Of a stretch of 64,000 nucleotides of DNA, positions 13,781 to 26,296 are shown in pieces. The notes below the pieces were generated by a model. That model searched no databases and was not told the DNA's origin. It saw only the letters and a program-made list of their open reading frames with translations. How positions within the stretch are numbered: the first letter of the stretch is position 1; the number at the start of each line of letters is the position of its first letter. The stretch is taken from the NCBI GenBank assembly GCA_013265495.1, contig MU057959.1, forward strand, positions 13,202 through 77,201. Reading direction: 5' to 3'. Source of the DNA: Vicugna vicugna (lineage: Eukaryota). Made by a program: the position numbers and the translations under genes.

Positions 13781-15454
13781 GTTAATAAGAGTTAACACTC
13801 TGTTCTCATCCAGAATATAGCCTGTCTTTTTGGTCATGTGCACACTCCACAAGACTTGCTTCTTTTCCTAATTCCGCTTCAGGGAATCTCCCTCTCTCCT
13901 ACTCTGTTCCCGCCACACTGACTTTGTGCTGACTTAGATGGTTTTCCACTTACTCCTGACTACAGTATAGTAAACTCCCATGCTCCCTAACTCCTTTCTG
14001 CTTCCAACTTTATGAGCATTTTTTTTTTAATAAGCAGTTTTCACCCACTAAAGAGTCACTTCCATAAGGTCATAGTCTTTGGACTTTGGAGGTGGCTGCA
14101 TCCCCAGTGCTCAAGACTGGTGAATGAATGAGTGTCCTCAGGGATTTCTGTTCCTGATGGACACATCTGAGTAACCATGCATGTATCAGGGAGACTTGGT
14201 GAAAAGAAGTCCTAAAGGACCTGTGAACTGACTAGAGTCCAAAGCCATTTGCAGGGATCATTCAGTTACACTCATGGGAGTATTGTTGAAGTAGAAAATG
14301 TTCTTGTCAGCAGAGTTCCTTGGCCAAGGAAGCAGGGCTCTAGAATGTCTGGTGGGACTGACTCATGTGTGTTTATAAGGAACTCAGAGTTGGCCAGCAT
14401 CCCCCACCCTAGGGCTAAGTGTACTCGAAATGCATGAAGAACGAGAAAGACAGTCATGGCGGCTTCAGCCACAACAGGTGGGCGTGTTTATAGAAGGAGG
14501 TTCCCACCTTGAAATTGATTCACAGAGAATAGGGATTATGCTGTTAAACAATTAGCCATGTTGTACTTTTCAGCATAGCTTTTGAGGGACCTCAGTAGTC
14601 TGTCTCAGGAAAGGACCACTATCTTTCAATTAAATGTCAAGAGGTTCTGTGTAACACTTTGAGGTGTCACACAGCCTCAGCAAAGAAGAGCTAAACACTT
14701 AATGTGAATGGCAAAGGCAGCATCTACATCTGATCTCAGATTTTCTCTCTTGACCTTTTAAAATCATTTGCCTTTGAAAATCCCTCAAACCCATCCATTG
14801 TTGAAGAAATTAGACATTAAAAAAAAAAGGAAACTTACATGCTCCATCACCTTATTTCTTCTGGAAACTTCTGGAGAGTTCTCGGCATGCAAAAAGATTT
14901 GAACAGGACCAAATGTCATATCCTACAAGTGTCAGAGAAGGCAGCTTCCAGGAGAAAAGGTCCCCATCGTCTCTTTCCTGTGTTTACCTTTGATTTGCTG
15001 TCCCTGTGTTGGTACTGGTCAGTTGGTGTCTATTCATTGTTTCCATTTCAGCATGTGTGTGTATTTTAATAAATGATGGGCTCTCCATTTCTGAGATACT
15101 TCCTTTAGCTTGTCTCTGGATACAGCCTTTAATTATAATGTTTATTGTCAATTAAATAGGATTTTTTCCCCGAGCCTCCACACTGCTCTATGTAGTGAGT
15201 GAGGATTACCTAAGGTCATCTTGGAATGAAAAGCCGATGTGAAGAACAGTGACTCTCAGGCCAGCCCTTCTCAAAGTGTGGGCACTCAGTGAGAGAAGTC
15301 TCTATCTTCTGTAGAGTGACATGACTTACCTTTTATTTTCTGGCAACTTAGTAGAATATATGTTGTAACAAACAACGTACAAGAAAGTTTTCTTTGTATA
15401 TCCATTAAAAGGACAGTGTGTTTGGTAAGATTGCTAGTGTCCATTGTTTGATCC

Positions 15455-15585
15455 ACGTTCAGTTAATATGGATTTAGCACCTGTCATGTTCGACCCTCAC
15501 CTGAGTCACAAAATTCATTGGGATCCAGATAGATTGGTTTCCAGATCTAGTGAGTTTATGTCCTTTTGAAAGGAGACAGAGGACA
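15455..15585. mobile_element. Probable ancient L2 3'-end fragment, repeated in each unit
   Basis: ttcagttaatatggatttagcacctgtcatgt...ggagacaga resembles the L2 terminus ttcattcaacaaatatttattgagcacctactatgtg...ggagacaga. Heavily diverged. Confidence 0.4.
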
Positions 15586-16204
15586 AGCAAGCTCCCCACT
15601 GTTGCCACATATCTCACTTGTTCATAAGTTCTAGGATGAAAAAGCAAGGCAGGGCCATGGGGTGTATCTGGGTCCTTTTGTGGAAGGAGATAGAATTTCT
15701 GAAATTAAGGGTTTTGAGTGAAGCTCTGAGGGGAATTCGAAGTTTGAGTTGAGTGTGCATCTGCCACAGGAACGTGCAGGGAACAGAAACTAAAAAGGTG
15801 TTTTGAAAGGTCCTTTCAGTTGTTTCTATCGATATTCTGTATGTGTGTGCACTTTGTAAGACGTTCCCATTTGCAGGAATTGTGAAATGAGCCTTTTAAA
15901 AAGTGTTATTGGTGTGCTGACTGTGGTGTTGAAATGTTTGGAAATAAATCTAGCAGTCTCATAGCTGGAGACATTCTTAGTAGGAAATGGAAGAAATTAA
16001 ATTCACAAATTAGATCTCTCTGTCAACATATGACTATTCCCTAAAAATATGGCTACCTGAAATGAATAAACATAGGACTCTTTATATTTTTACTCCTCTA
16101 TATGTATAAGACAAAGGCAGCTCTCCAGTATTTTAGTATGTTTGTTCACTAATGAAAATGCATGCTTTTTTAAAATGTAGACTTTATACCAGTTTGTTAA
16201 AAAA

Positions 16205-16411
16205 TTTGTTATTGAAGCTTCATTGTTTAAGCTGTGGCTATATAATCACCCTGCCCCTTCTGCAAGATGGGGTCACAGTTTGAAGACACAGGGCTCCTGT
16301 GAGTCCTCTTTGCCTCGCAAAGGAATAAAATTGTATCTTTTCTTCTGAGGTTTAATACCCTGTCTCTGAGTTATTTGACTCATAAGGGACAATGGCCAGT
16401 CTTTTGACAAC
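16205..16411 (+). mobile_element. ~200-bp LTR-like segment abutting the L1 tail (also ~26085-26296 and ~43798-44004)
   Basis: TATA-like element (tatataa), AATAAA, and a terminus ...tttgacaaca resembling an ERV LTR 3' end. Family not identified. Confidence 0.5.
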
Positions 16412-17224
16412 ATAGGCAGTTTACTATGTTGTGTCAATTTCCTGTGCACACAACAATCCTTCAGACATACATGAACATTCACACGTTCATTTTCACACTC
16501 TTTTTCACCATAGGTTAACTAAAAGATTTTTAACGTAATTCCCAGTGCTATACAGTATGAACATACTTCTTTATTTTATATAAGTTACTGCAAATCTTGA
16601 ACTCCCAATTTATCCTTTATTTCCTTCCGAACCCCTGATCAACATAAGTCTGATGCTGTTCTTGTCACTTTGTTTTGTAAAGTTGTTCTTTTGTCATTTT
16701 TTAGACTAGATTCCACATATAAGTGATATCATATGGTATTTTTCTGGTTTATCTTTTTTTTTTTGTATTAGCTTGGTTTCTTTCTGACTCTTAATGCTTT
16801 TCATTTAAAGTTGCCTTGTTTTTCCAATATTTTAACCCCTTACTCTCTCTTTTTCCTTTAAACTGGTATTCATGTAGGCTCAAACACATCCTAAAAATGA
16901 AGAAATGAAGAAAAATGAAGAAAAAAATGATGAAGAAAAAGTGAAAAAAATTTGATTTCCTTCCTTCCCTGTCTACCTGTTATGAAATTAGATGTCATTT
17001 CTTTTTTTAAAAGCATATCTTCCTGTTTTTTCTCTTGCAAGTGATTGTAGTTATCATTTTTCCACTTGGGGTTTTCTCATTTCTATAGCTTCCTGCTCGT
17101 TTTCTTTTTCGAGGAGACCTTTCAGTATTTCTTTTAGCATAGGTTTAGTCATGCTGAGCTCTTTCAGTTTTTGCTTCTCTGAAATTCTCTCTCCTTCCAT
17201 TCTAAAGGATTGTCTTCCCAGGTT
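16412..17224 (-). mobile_element. ORF2-deleted L1, further truncated by a deletion, between copies A and B
   Basis: The L1 3' UTR is joined at ~16742 to inter-ORF/ORF1 sequence. It is collinear with 44005-44814 and ends where 3'-flank sequence homologous to 48238 resumes. Confidence 0.85.
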
Positions 17225-19533
17225 GGTAACAATTACCAGCCCTTCTGCTCAACTTCAGACATGCTGTGATTTGGGAGAAGGCACATCCCCTCGGTTATAG
17301 AGCATGGCATTTCTTACTTTGCCTGCATAAGTCTCAGGGAGTCCCACACATGTTTCCCCAGAATGAATAGGATGATGTGTGGGGACTTTTTCTTGAGCAC
17401 AGTGCCCCATCCCACTTCAATAAAGTGCCCATAATCCTCTCCCCTTTCCCATGATGGTGAAGTTCTTTTTTCTCCCTCATTGGGACACCTCGTGGACATC
17501 TCTATTTGACCTTCATCACACTTTTCTCTGGTGGGGCGTCTGTCCTATTAAAGGAATATGTTCCTGGATGTTTAGTGTGGGTATTTGTGAGTTTTAAATT
17601 AGGTGACTTTCTGAACAGATACACGTGCACAGAGTACCTATTAAATTAATTTATTTAAACCCTCAGAAATCAAATATCACGAAAGTGGACTTGAACAGTG
17701 AGCAGGAGAGAAGAAATGGGAAATAAGTATGTTTATGGAGAGAGAAAGATGATGTTATGCGGAAACCAGGGATGTTGTCTCCATGTTGTTGATCCTGATT
17801 CCATGCAGATGATGACTTGCCTGGTTCTCCGTCACGTGTTCTGTTGGTGAATAAAATAGGACAGGATTTAGTTGAGTTGACTGTATGACAGGTGACAGGG
17901 CTCACCTTCAGGGAGAAGTGTGTCCAAGGGCACAGGAGCTGCTAGTGTATCCAGTAGGCAGATTCCACGTGGAACTTTATACCCCCCATGTGTCTGATAT
18001 GTGAGTATCCATTTGCAATTCCCACAAGACTGTACATATTGTCGGACCTCTCCTGTGTAGGATTGATTCTAGTTTTGTGATTTCAGGATGCATCCTCGTG
18101 GAATGTTTCATCTAAAAATGATTGACAGGATCTATGACTGAGTTACACTTTTCCAATATTAAAAGTTTTGCCTTTGGTGGCTAGAGAATTACATTGTTTT
18201 ATAAGCTACTATTACTGCTTGCCTTTTTCCTCTCTTTGCTCCTAACAGAAAAAAAAAAATGACAGTTTAGCCTCATTCAATGTCCTTTTTCCTGGGCTAT
18301 CTTGTTCTAGAAACCATAAAAGTCCCTCTTTCCCATAATCACCATCTACAGGGGAATATAAGCCAAATGCATGTTTTTTACTTATTTTTGTTTTTTAATC
18401 AACCCCTGTGCTATTTCTTATGTTACAGCAGGGTTGGGACCTCATACTGATATATTTAAACTTTCATCAACTACGTACCCCTTCAACCATTTAAACTTAG
18501 CAATGCTGTTTAGGAGTCTTTGAGCAAACTCAGACATTTACATCTTTGCCACCAATCTAATTGCTTTGAACACGAACTGCGTTTATGAAGCAATAAGCTT
18601 GGTGTTTGATATCAGTATTTTGGGGAGATTTACGATCCTTGACTGTATAGGAGTGGATTAAGATGTTCTAGATTTGTTTTCAAAAAGCATATTCTGCAGA
18701 ATGACTTTTATGTGTCAACTCAAGACAGACCCTTAAGACATTATTCCTAAGGTGTTTTGTGCTTTTTTTTTTGGAAAGACTCTAGAGTTTCATTCACTTC
18801 AGAACCTTCTGAAATAATGGTTCTATGTCAGGTGTCTAGCTTGTCATTCAATACACTGAAGATCGGGAGGGGCCATCCCATTCATGTGATTTAAGTCTTT
18901 GTTCATGACAGAATCAAGTGCCTGGAAAACTTAGGGTCTATTGCCTGGTCGTAGCTCTCTGTGTTAGCACTAGAATTTTAAAATATGCAGTTATTGAAAG
19001 AATTTCAGGCCAAGATTTCGACCGTTATAAACTTTTACCCATAAAACTGTCATACTTAGAATCTATGGTACAAACACCATCTACTTGCTTTGTTCCCTGG
19101 ACACATTTTATTTTACCTTCTTTATTGCACCTTAAAAAGAAAGCATAATCAAATTGGCTGATTAAAACTAATGAACAACTTGACATTTAATTACAATTTT
19201 CCTTTTTCACCCCCCCTAGTATCAATGTCACCTATCACCTTACTGCCTGTCAACAAGGTGACATTCAGAAGAGAAGAATTAAGTCCCCTAATATCAGGTA
19301 ACTGTCAAGTGACAAAGATGCCTGGTTACACATAAAATTGGAGCAGAACTTCCAAAGATAAACTATGAATACAAAACAGATCATTTTTAAAGCCTAGTAA
19401 ACATGAAGAAATCTAGAATTGGGGAAAGAAAAGAAAAGTTACAAGGGTTTTCTTAAAATTCATAACTGTCTAGACAAACCTTAGTTGCTTCACAAGCCTG
19501 GGCAAGATTTCTTAGAGAATATAATAACAGAGA

Positions 19534-19534
<1 letters not shown>

Positions 19535-19575
<41 letters not shown>
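19535..19575. repeat. (AAT)n microsatellite in intron 2 of copy B
   Basis: About 13 perfect TAA units, absent from the paralogous position in A, C and D. Confidence 0.95.
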
Positions 19576-19576
<1 letters not shown>

Positions 19577-20458
19577 CAAAATGTATTTGTGTGTCTAAAC
19601 ACAAGCTCTTCTATCAAAACACCATAAGTGATTTAAACATTGGAAGATGGAGATATGTAAGTGTGTCAGAGTGTGGCCACATGAAAAGTCAGTCATATAT
19701 AAGGCACAAAAATTTATGGAAATGGTAAATAGGAAGATAATACGTTCTTAAAATTTCTGACAGCTCACAGGTACATTTACTGGGATAGAATATATACGTG
19801 TGTGGGGGTGTAATTTGATTATATGTAGACTATTAAATATATATAATGTTGTTATATATATTTGTATATCTTTAAAACAATCTCTTCAAATATAAGACCC
19901 TTAGTTGCCTTCTTAATGCTTTTATTCTTCAAAATATCTATCTGTGTGTGCGTGCTCCTAGTAAAACCCCTGCCACGAGGAGAACAACCCATCAGCAACA
20001 CTGGGAGCTGTGGTGACCTTAATACATTTAGTTGTTATTGTAAGTTGCTGAGAATCAGCCCGTCAGGGTAAAGGCCACTTTGTTATCCAAGTTCCCACAT
20101 CTTCTGGGCCCCAGGGGAACCACTATATCCTGCAGGTTGCACATGGACTCAAGGCCCTGAGACTGAGGGTGTACCGGCCAGGACCCTCCTGTTCCTGCTG
20201 CTTTGGCTCTTCTTTCCTTTAGTGAGTTGACTCCAGTGGGATGTCTGTGACTTTCCCTCTAAGTCAGGGCTCCAGGACATCCTGTAGACTCTCATACTGA
20301 ACCTGACTCAGAAACTCCACAGACCCTTCTAATCCTCAAAAGCCCAGGATTCGCAGTCTTCCACCTAAACCATGTATTTCACAGCAAATACAGAAGCCAG
20401 ACCTTTTCTCAGGGTTGGGGATTTACGTGAGTTTACCCTCTGTGTTATGTTTACTTAC

Positions 20459-21165
20459 CTGTCACAAATTGTGAAGGTGATTGTGTCAGCTTCATCATTC
20501 ATTTGAAAATGAGAGATGATAATCTGGCATGGACTGGGCTCATGGGCCTTCTCTGTGTTACTCGCAGCGATATAAATGCGTTTCCATTCTGAAACGTTAA
20601 AGCAAAATTTACCTTAGAAACTGTGATTCATGTCTTGTCATTGTGTCCAGCACCATCATGCGTTTCCCTTCACTTCTGCACATCAGCACACATTACCTAT
20701 GTTGTAGGAACAAACCAGGCTTCATAAAACAATGCGAAAGCCGAAGACAACAGGAAAAAACTGAATTGGGATTTTTCCAAAATCTCTTACCCTCTGTGAA
20801 ATAGAAGATCCCCAGTGGGATTGGTCTCTGGCTGACCTCCCTTTTTTACAAGGACAGTAAAGATGCGGGACAGCCCAGTGATAGATGGTGGGGAGAATCC
20901 TGAGACAGTGTAGATGTGCACCTGCCAGTTAGATGAGCAGTTCTGAGGTGGAGGTAGGTGGCCAGGTGAGGTGCGTGAAATGCAGATACACACACCCACA
21001 GCCCCAAAAGACCACACATACACGCACGTGCGCGCACACACACACACGCACAGAGATAAGACCTCCCAGATGAGCCCGTCCCTGGTACCTGTGATGGAAC
21101 ATCCACAGCTGGAGGTCTTTGGGCAGCACAAAGCACACCAAGAGAGTCAGAAACAGAATCTGCAT
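20459..21165 (-). pseudogene. OBP-like lipocalin pseudogene, copy B (exon1 21089-21165, exon2 20459-20595; exons 3-6 deleted)
   Basis: Exon1 MQILFLTL.. is 77 nt, a 4-nt deletion and frameshift. Exon2 reads VSEWKRIYIAASNTEKAHEPSPCQIIISHFQMNDEADTITFTICDR, recognisably similar to the OBP W..YIAASN.EK segment, but its acceptor is tttaac instead of tttcag. Intron 2 is fused to the 3' flank at ~18373. Confidence 0.85.
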
Positions 21166-21247
21166 GCTGTCGGTTCTTCTAGTCCTCCTCCTGGGGAGCT
21201 AAGTGTGCCATGTGGCAGTTCGTGAAGAGAACCTGTGCGTGTGCCCC

Positions 21248-21254
21248 TTTTATA
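21248..21254 (-). promoter_or_regulatory. TATA box of copy B
   Basis: TATAAAA at the conserved position upstream of the ATG at 21165. Confidence 0.75.
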
Positions 21255-23429
21255 GTATCCATCTGTGTCCTGACCCATAATAAACCAAAGTGTGTTAAAC
21301 TGAGACCCTGGTTACATAGACATCCTTTTAGAATATCCTGGTTGGCAGGAAAGAGCTTTTCCATCAGTCCTTTTTATTTGAGAGTAGTTTTAAGAGAAGC
21401 TTAAATTGATCTGGACACTTGACCTTTAGGTTAAGTGAGAAATCACAGTGCAGTTGAGATGTTTCAAGGACAGTGATAGTAATTTTCTTTTATATCCTGA
21501 GTTCCAGAACGGGGTAAGTCCATGACAGCTGTCCCCAAACTGGGTGTTGTTTCTTTAACACTCAGTAGATATGTTTAAACTTATCTTCTCAAACTAAACC
21601 TGATATTGTTTGGTATAACGAGATTATAGTGGTTTCCTTAAAAGACATTAGGAAAGCCTTCAGTCGCTGACTGGTGACAGAGATCTTCACAAACAGGGAT
21701 CTCTGCCGTGTCCCCAGACTGGGCTTTGTCATCCTTCTCACTAAGGTGACTGTCCATACAGATGCCCAGGAACCTCTTGCGAGGAAGTCACATGAGCAGT
21801 TCATTTTCGTTGCTCTGTTTTCTAAACACCTTTGTTACAATCTTCTCTTCAACAAATCACTTATCTATTGACTCAGTTGCTTCTTAAGGCAAGCAAGGAA
21901 GCTTCGTAGTAGTTCCTGGTTTCAAAGCAAAAAGGAAACTTCCTACTTTCAAGGACACTGAAACAAAGAACCTCTTCTTTGACTTTTCTTCCTCAAGTTT
22001 TTATTCATGTTCCTTTTCTTTCCTAGTGACTTATTAGATAGATTCCCTATTGTGAGTTTTATATTGCCTGTAGCAATGTTACTCAAAAGACGTCCCACCT
22101 AATCTGAGACTTGGAGTCCTGACTTAGTCCCAGTTGCTCCCACGACACACACAGCCTCAGTGTCCGTGTCTTTGCTGTCTGACCTTTGAGGAGAACCTGG
22201 TTGAAAGTGGTCTTCAGCCTCCCTCTTCTGTCTGACATTTGTGTTCCCACTCACAAGGACCAACTACATTGATTCACGGTTGTCTTTGTTGTTTTGCTGC
22301 CAATATCATGTTTTCTCTTTGTTTCACAGACTCCTCTGTATATTGTCCTATCCAGCCTTTGACTGTGAGGTCTCTGCGAGGGAAGGCTTTCGTGTCTCAA
22401 AATGTCTTACAATTTCTTCTCTCACCTCCCTGATTCAGACAATTCTGAGCAGGGTCATGATCCCAGCTAACACCCCTCATTCACTTTTCTCACTCCCTCC
22501 AAGCCTGCCTTTTCCACCCAATATTAGTAACTTTTTCTTTTGGAGACCTACCATCATGTATTTCCTGGGAATTTGTAACAAGGTCATCCTGTCTTACGAA
22601 GAGCTTTCTAACAACTGATCACAGGGAAATTAAACAGCAGTTTGTCTAAGAGATTATTGCAGCAGTTTGGTCTTTGAATCCTGTCCTTTTATTTTAGACG
22701 TGATATAGTTACATGACCTTTAATGCATAAAGCCTTGAATTCATGTCAGTCACAATGTGCCTTACCAGTATCACAAATGAAAAAGGAACCAACACAAACA
22801 TTAAGGTTTTAATCCACAAATACTGCTAAGCCATCCTCTGTAGATGTTCCTGGTCTTTCCTTTTCAAGTGTGTCCATCTTTCTGGAACTCTGTACTCCAT
22901 CTCTCCCAGTTTATGAGGTAACTTCCTTATTGTTTGTCTGTCTTCTCTGTGACCATTGTTTTCAAAACTTAGATTCGCAGTTCCTCTCTAAATAGTGCAT
23001 GGAAGCTTTTCAGCCTGGCCACCAGACACACCTGGTTCCCTCACAGATTCCTAACCAAGGTTCCAGTGTACTTAGAATTGGAGCTGAGATAGTTCAACAC
23101 AAGCCTCCTTTCAGAGATCAGATCCCGGTGAAACTCTGTCCCCCGGTGTCTCTCAAATGGAGACAGGCTCAGTGATCCCGTGTTTTATTGATGATGCTGC
23201 TTCTGATGGAGGGTGTTCAGTGCTGTGTCTGGACCCCTGTCTTTCCAACCAGCAACGTGAGAGACATTGTTGCTCCTGGTCCCACACCACACTTACCAGC
23301 AGAACGCTGTGTGGCCATCTTCCTGAAACTTGTTCTGTTTTAAGGGTCCCCAAGAGCAATTTTTCCCTCAGCAGACCCCTCTGTTCCTAAACAGGATTCG
23401 TGTAAGTCTTTCTAAAGCTGTTTGAAGGT

Positions 23430-23648
23430 TATTGGTTCTCAAACAGGGGCCCCTGTGCCTCCCAGGATAGACACTTCACATGAATGGTGACATGTTTTAT
23501 TTTCCCAGTAGGAGAGGGTGTTGTTGACCTCTACCACCTAGTGGGCAGAGATGAAGCATCCTTGTACACACCCTATAGTGTACAGAACAGCCTCTCACAC
23601 CCAGAGTTATCCAGTCATGTGTCAGTCATGCCAGGTTGAGAAATGCTA
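23430..23648 (+). mobile_element. MER20-like element upstream of copy B
   Basis: Paralogous to 13562-13780: tattggttctcaa...ggttgagaaatgcta. Confidence 0.75.
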
Positions 23649-26296
23649 GCCAGTAAGAGTTAACAAGCTCTCGTCAGCCAGAATACAGCCTCAGTCCTTG
23701 TGATGACCTGCACACCCCATAAGACTTGCATTCCCCCCCCCCAATTTCTCTGCGGATAATTGCCCACTCTCCTACTCTGTTCCCACCACACTTGATTTGT
23801 GCTCACTCGTGGTTTTGTCTACCTCTGTCCACAGTGCAGTAACCCCCCGCCCACTCCTAACACCCTTCTGCTTCCCATTTTATGAGCATTTTTTTCTTCT
23901 CATAAGCAGTTTTCCTCCATTAAAGAGTCACTTCCACAAGGTCATAGTCTTTGGACTTCGGAGTTGGCTGCATCCCCAGTGTGCAGGATTGGTAAATCAA
24001 AGGGTCAGTGTGTGTCCTCTGGGTTTTCTGTTAGTGATGGTCACATGTGGGCAACTATGCATGAAACAGAGACATTTGGTGAAAAGAAATCCTTAAGGAC
24101 CTGTTAACAAACTAGTGTTCAGAGCCATGAGCAAGTGTCATGCAGGTACGCTCGCTGGAGTATGGTTGATGTAGGTGGTATGGTTCTTAGCGGAATTCCT
24201 TGTGCAATGAAGCAAGTCTCTAGAAGGTTCAGTGGGACTGGCTCAGGTGTGTTTAGATATATCTTGGAGTTGGCCAGAGTCCCCCACTCTAAGGCTAGTT
24301 GTACCCAAAATGCATGAAGAAAGGGAAGGACAGCCATGGCAGGTTCACTAACACAGAAAGCGGTGTTTAAAGGAGGAGGCTCCCGTCTAGAAACTGATTC
24401 ACAGGAATAGGGATTCTTCTGTTAAATAATTACCCAGGCTGTACATTCAAGCATAGCTTCCGAGGCACCTAAGTAATCTGTCTCAGGAATGGACCACTGT
24501 CTTTCCATTAAATGTCCCTGGGTTGGGAAACACATTGAGGTGTTAAACAGACTCAGGAAATAAGAGCTGAACACTAAATGTGAGTGGCAGGTGCAATATC
24601 TACACCTGACCTCAAATTTTCACACTTGACCTTTTTTTTTTTAAAGTTGTTTTTTGCCTTTGAAAATCCCTCAAACCCATCCATTTGTGAAGAAAATAGA
24701 AATTAAGGAAACAAACAAAACTGACAGGATCTGTTAGCTTCTTATTTCTTCCGGAAGTTTTAGGCATGCAGATAGACTTGAACAGGATTAAATATCATCT
24801 CCTACAAATGTCAGACAAGGCGGCTTTGAAGAGAAAAAGTCCCTGTTGTCTCTTTTCTGTCTTTACCCTTGATTTGATGTCCCTGTGTTAGGTTTGGTCA
24901 CTTGGTGTGTGTTTGTTCAGTTTTCCTTTTCAGCATGCCTGTGTGTGTTACTGAAAGATGGACACTCCATTTCCGGGTGAATTTCTATCAGCCAGTCTGT
25001 GGACATAGTCCTTTGTCAAAACATTTATTGTTAATTAGATACAAATTTTTTATGCCTCTGTCCTGCTCTGTGTAATGAGTTCAGATTAGCTAAGGTCACC
25101 TTGAAATCAAAACCCAGTGTGAAGAACGGTGACTCTCAGACCTGACTTCCTCAAAGCGTGTGGACTCAGTGAGAGGACAGTCTCAGTCCTCTGTGGAATG
25201 GCTTGATGTTCCCTTTGTTTTCTGTTAGCTTAGTATAGTATCTGTGGTATCATCAATATACGAGAAGCTTTTATCCGTATATGCATTGAAAGGACTGTGT
25301 GTTCTATAAGATTACTAGTGTGCAGCGTTTGGTCTAGATTCAGTTAATAAGGATTCAGCACCTGTCACGTGTGAACCTCTCCCAAGTCTCAAGATTCATT
25401 GGAACCAGATAGACTGGATTCAGAATCTGGTAAGGTTATCTCCCTGTGTAAGACACAGAAGACAAGCAAGCTCCCAATGCTTGACAAATATCTCACCTGT
25501 TTCTAAGTTCTAGGATGAAAAAGAAATCAAGGCAGGACCGTGGAGTGATTCTGGCCTCTTTTGTGGAGGGAGGTAGAAATTCCAAAATGAAGGTTTTTGA
25601 TTGAAGCTGTGAGGAGACTTCAAAGAGTGAGTTGAGAATTTAACTGGGGCAATAATGTGCTGGGAACAGAACCTAAAGAGGTGTTTTGGGAGGTCCTTTC
25701 CATTATTTCTGTCAATATTCTAGAGGTGTGTGCACTTTGTAAAGCATTTCCATTTATAGGAATTATGAAATAATTGAGACACATAAAAGTTGTTATGGGT
25801 ATCTTGAGTGTCGTGTTGAAACATTTGGAGATAAATCCAGCAGTCCTGTAGCTGGACACATTCATAGTAGAAAATGGAAGAAATTAATTTCACAAATGAG
25901 ATCTCTCTGAATCAACATAAAAATAATCTCTGTGACTACATGAACAAAAAAAGACTCTTCTTATTTTTATTCTTCTATTTGTATAAAGCAGTGCCTTCTT
26001 TCCCGTATATTAGTATGTTTGTTCATTAGTGAAAATGCATGCTTTTGTAAAAGGTAGACTTTATACCAATCTGTGTTTTTAATTTGTTACCAGTGCTTTA
26101 TTTTTTAAGCTATTTCTATATAGTCACCCTGCCGCATCTGCCAGGTGCGTTCTCTCTGCCAGGTTTGAAGGCACTAGCCTGCTGGGAGTCCCCTTAGTCT
26201 GGCAAAGCAATAAAGCTGAGTTTCTTCTTCTAACTCTGCGACCCTGTCTCTGAGTTATTTGGCTCATCAGGGATAGGGGCCGATCTTTCATCAACA

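Noticed and set aside
14839..15069. Recurrent + strand ORF (..QKDLNRTKCHILQ.SEKAASRRKGPH..), also at 41297, 42401 and 59897
   Set aside because: Recurrence is explained by segmental duplication. Starts and stops vary, the frame is broken in unit B, and no splice structure supports it.
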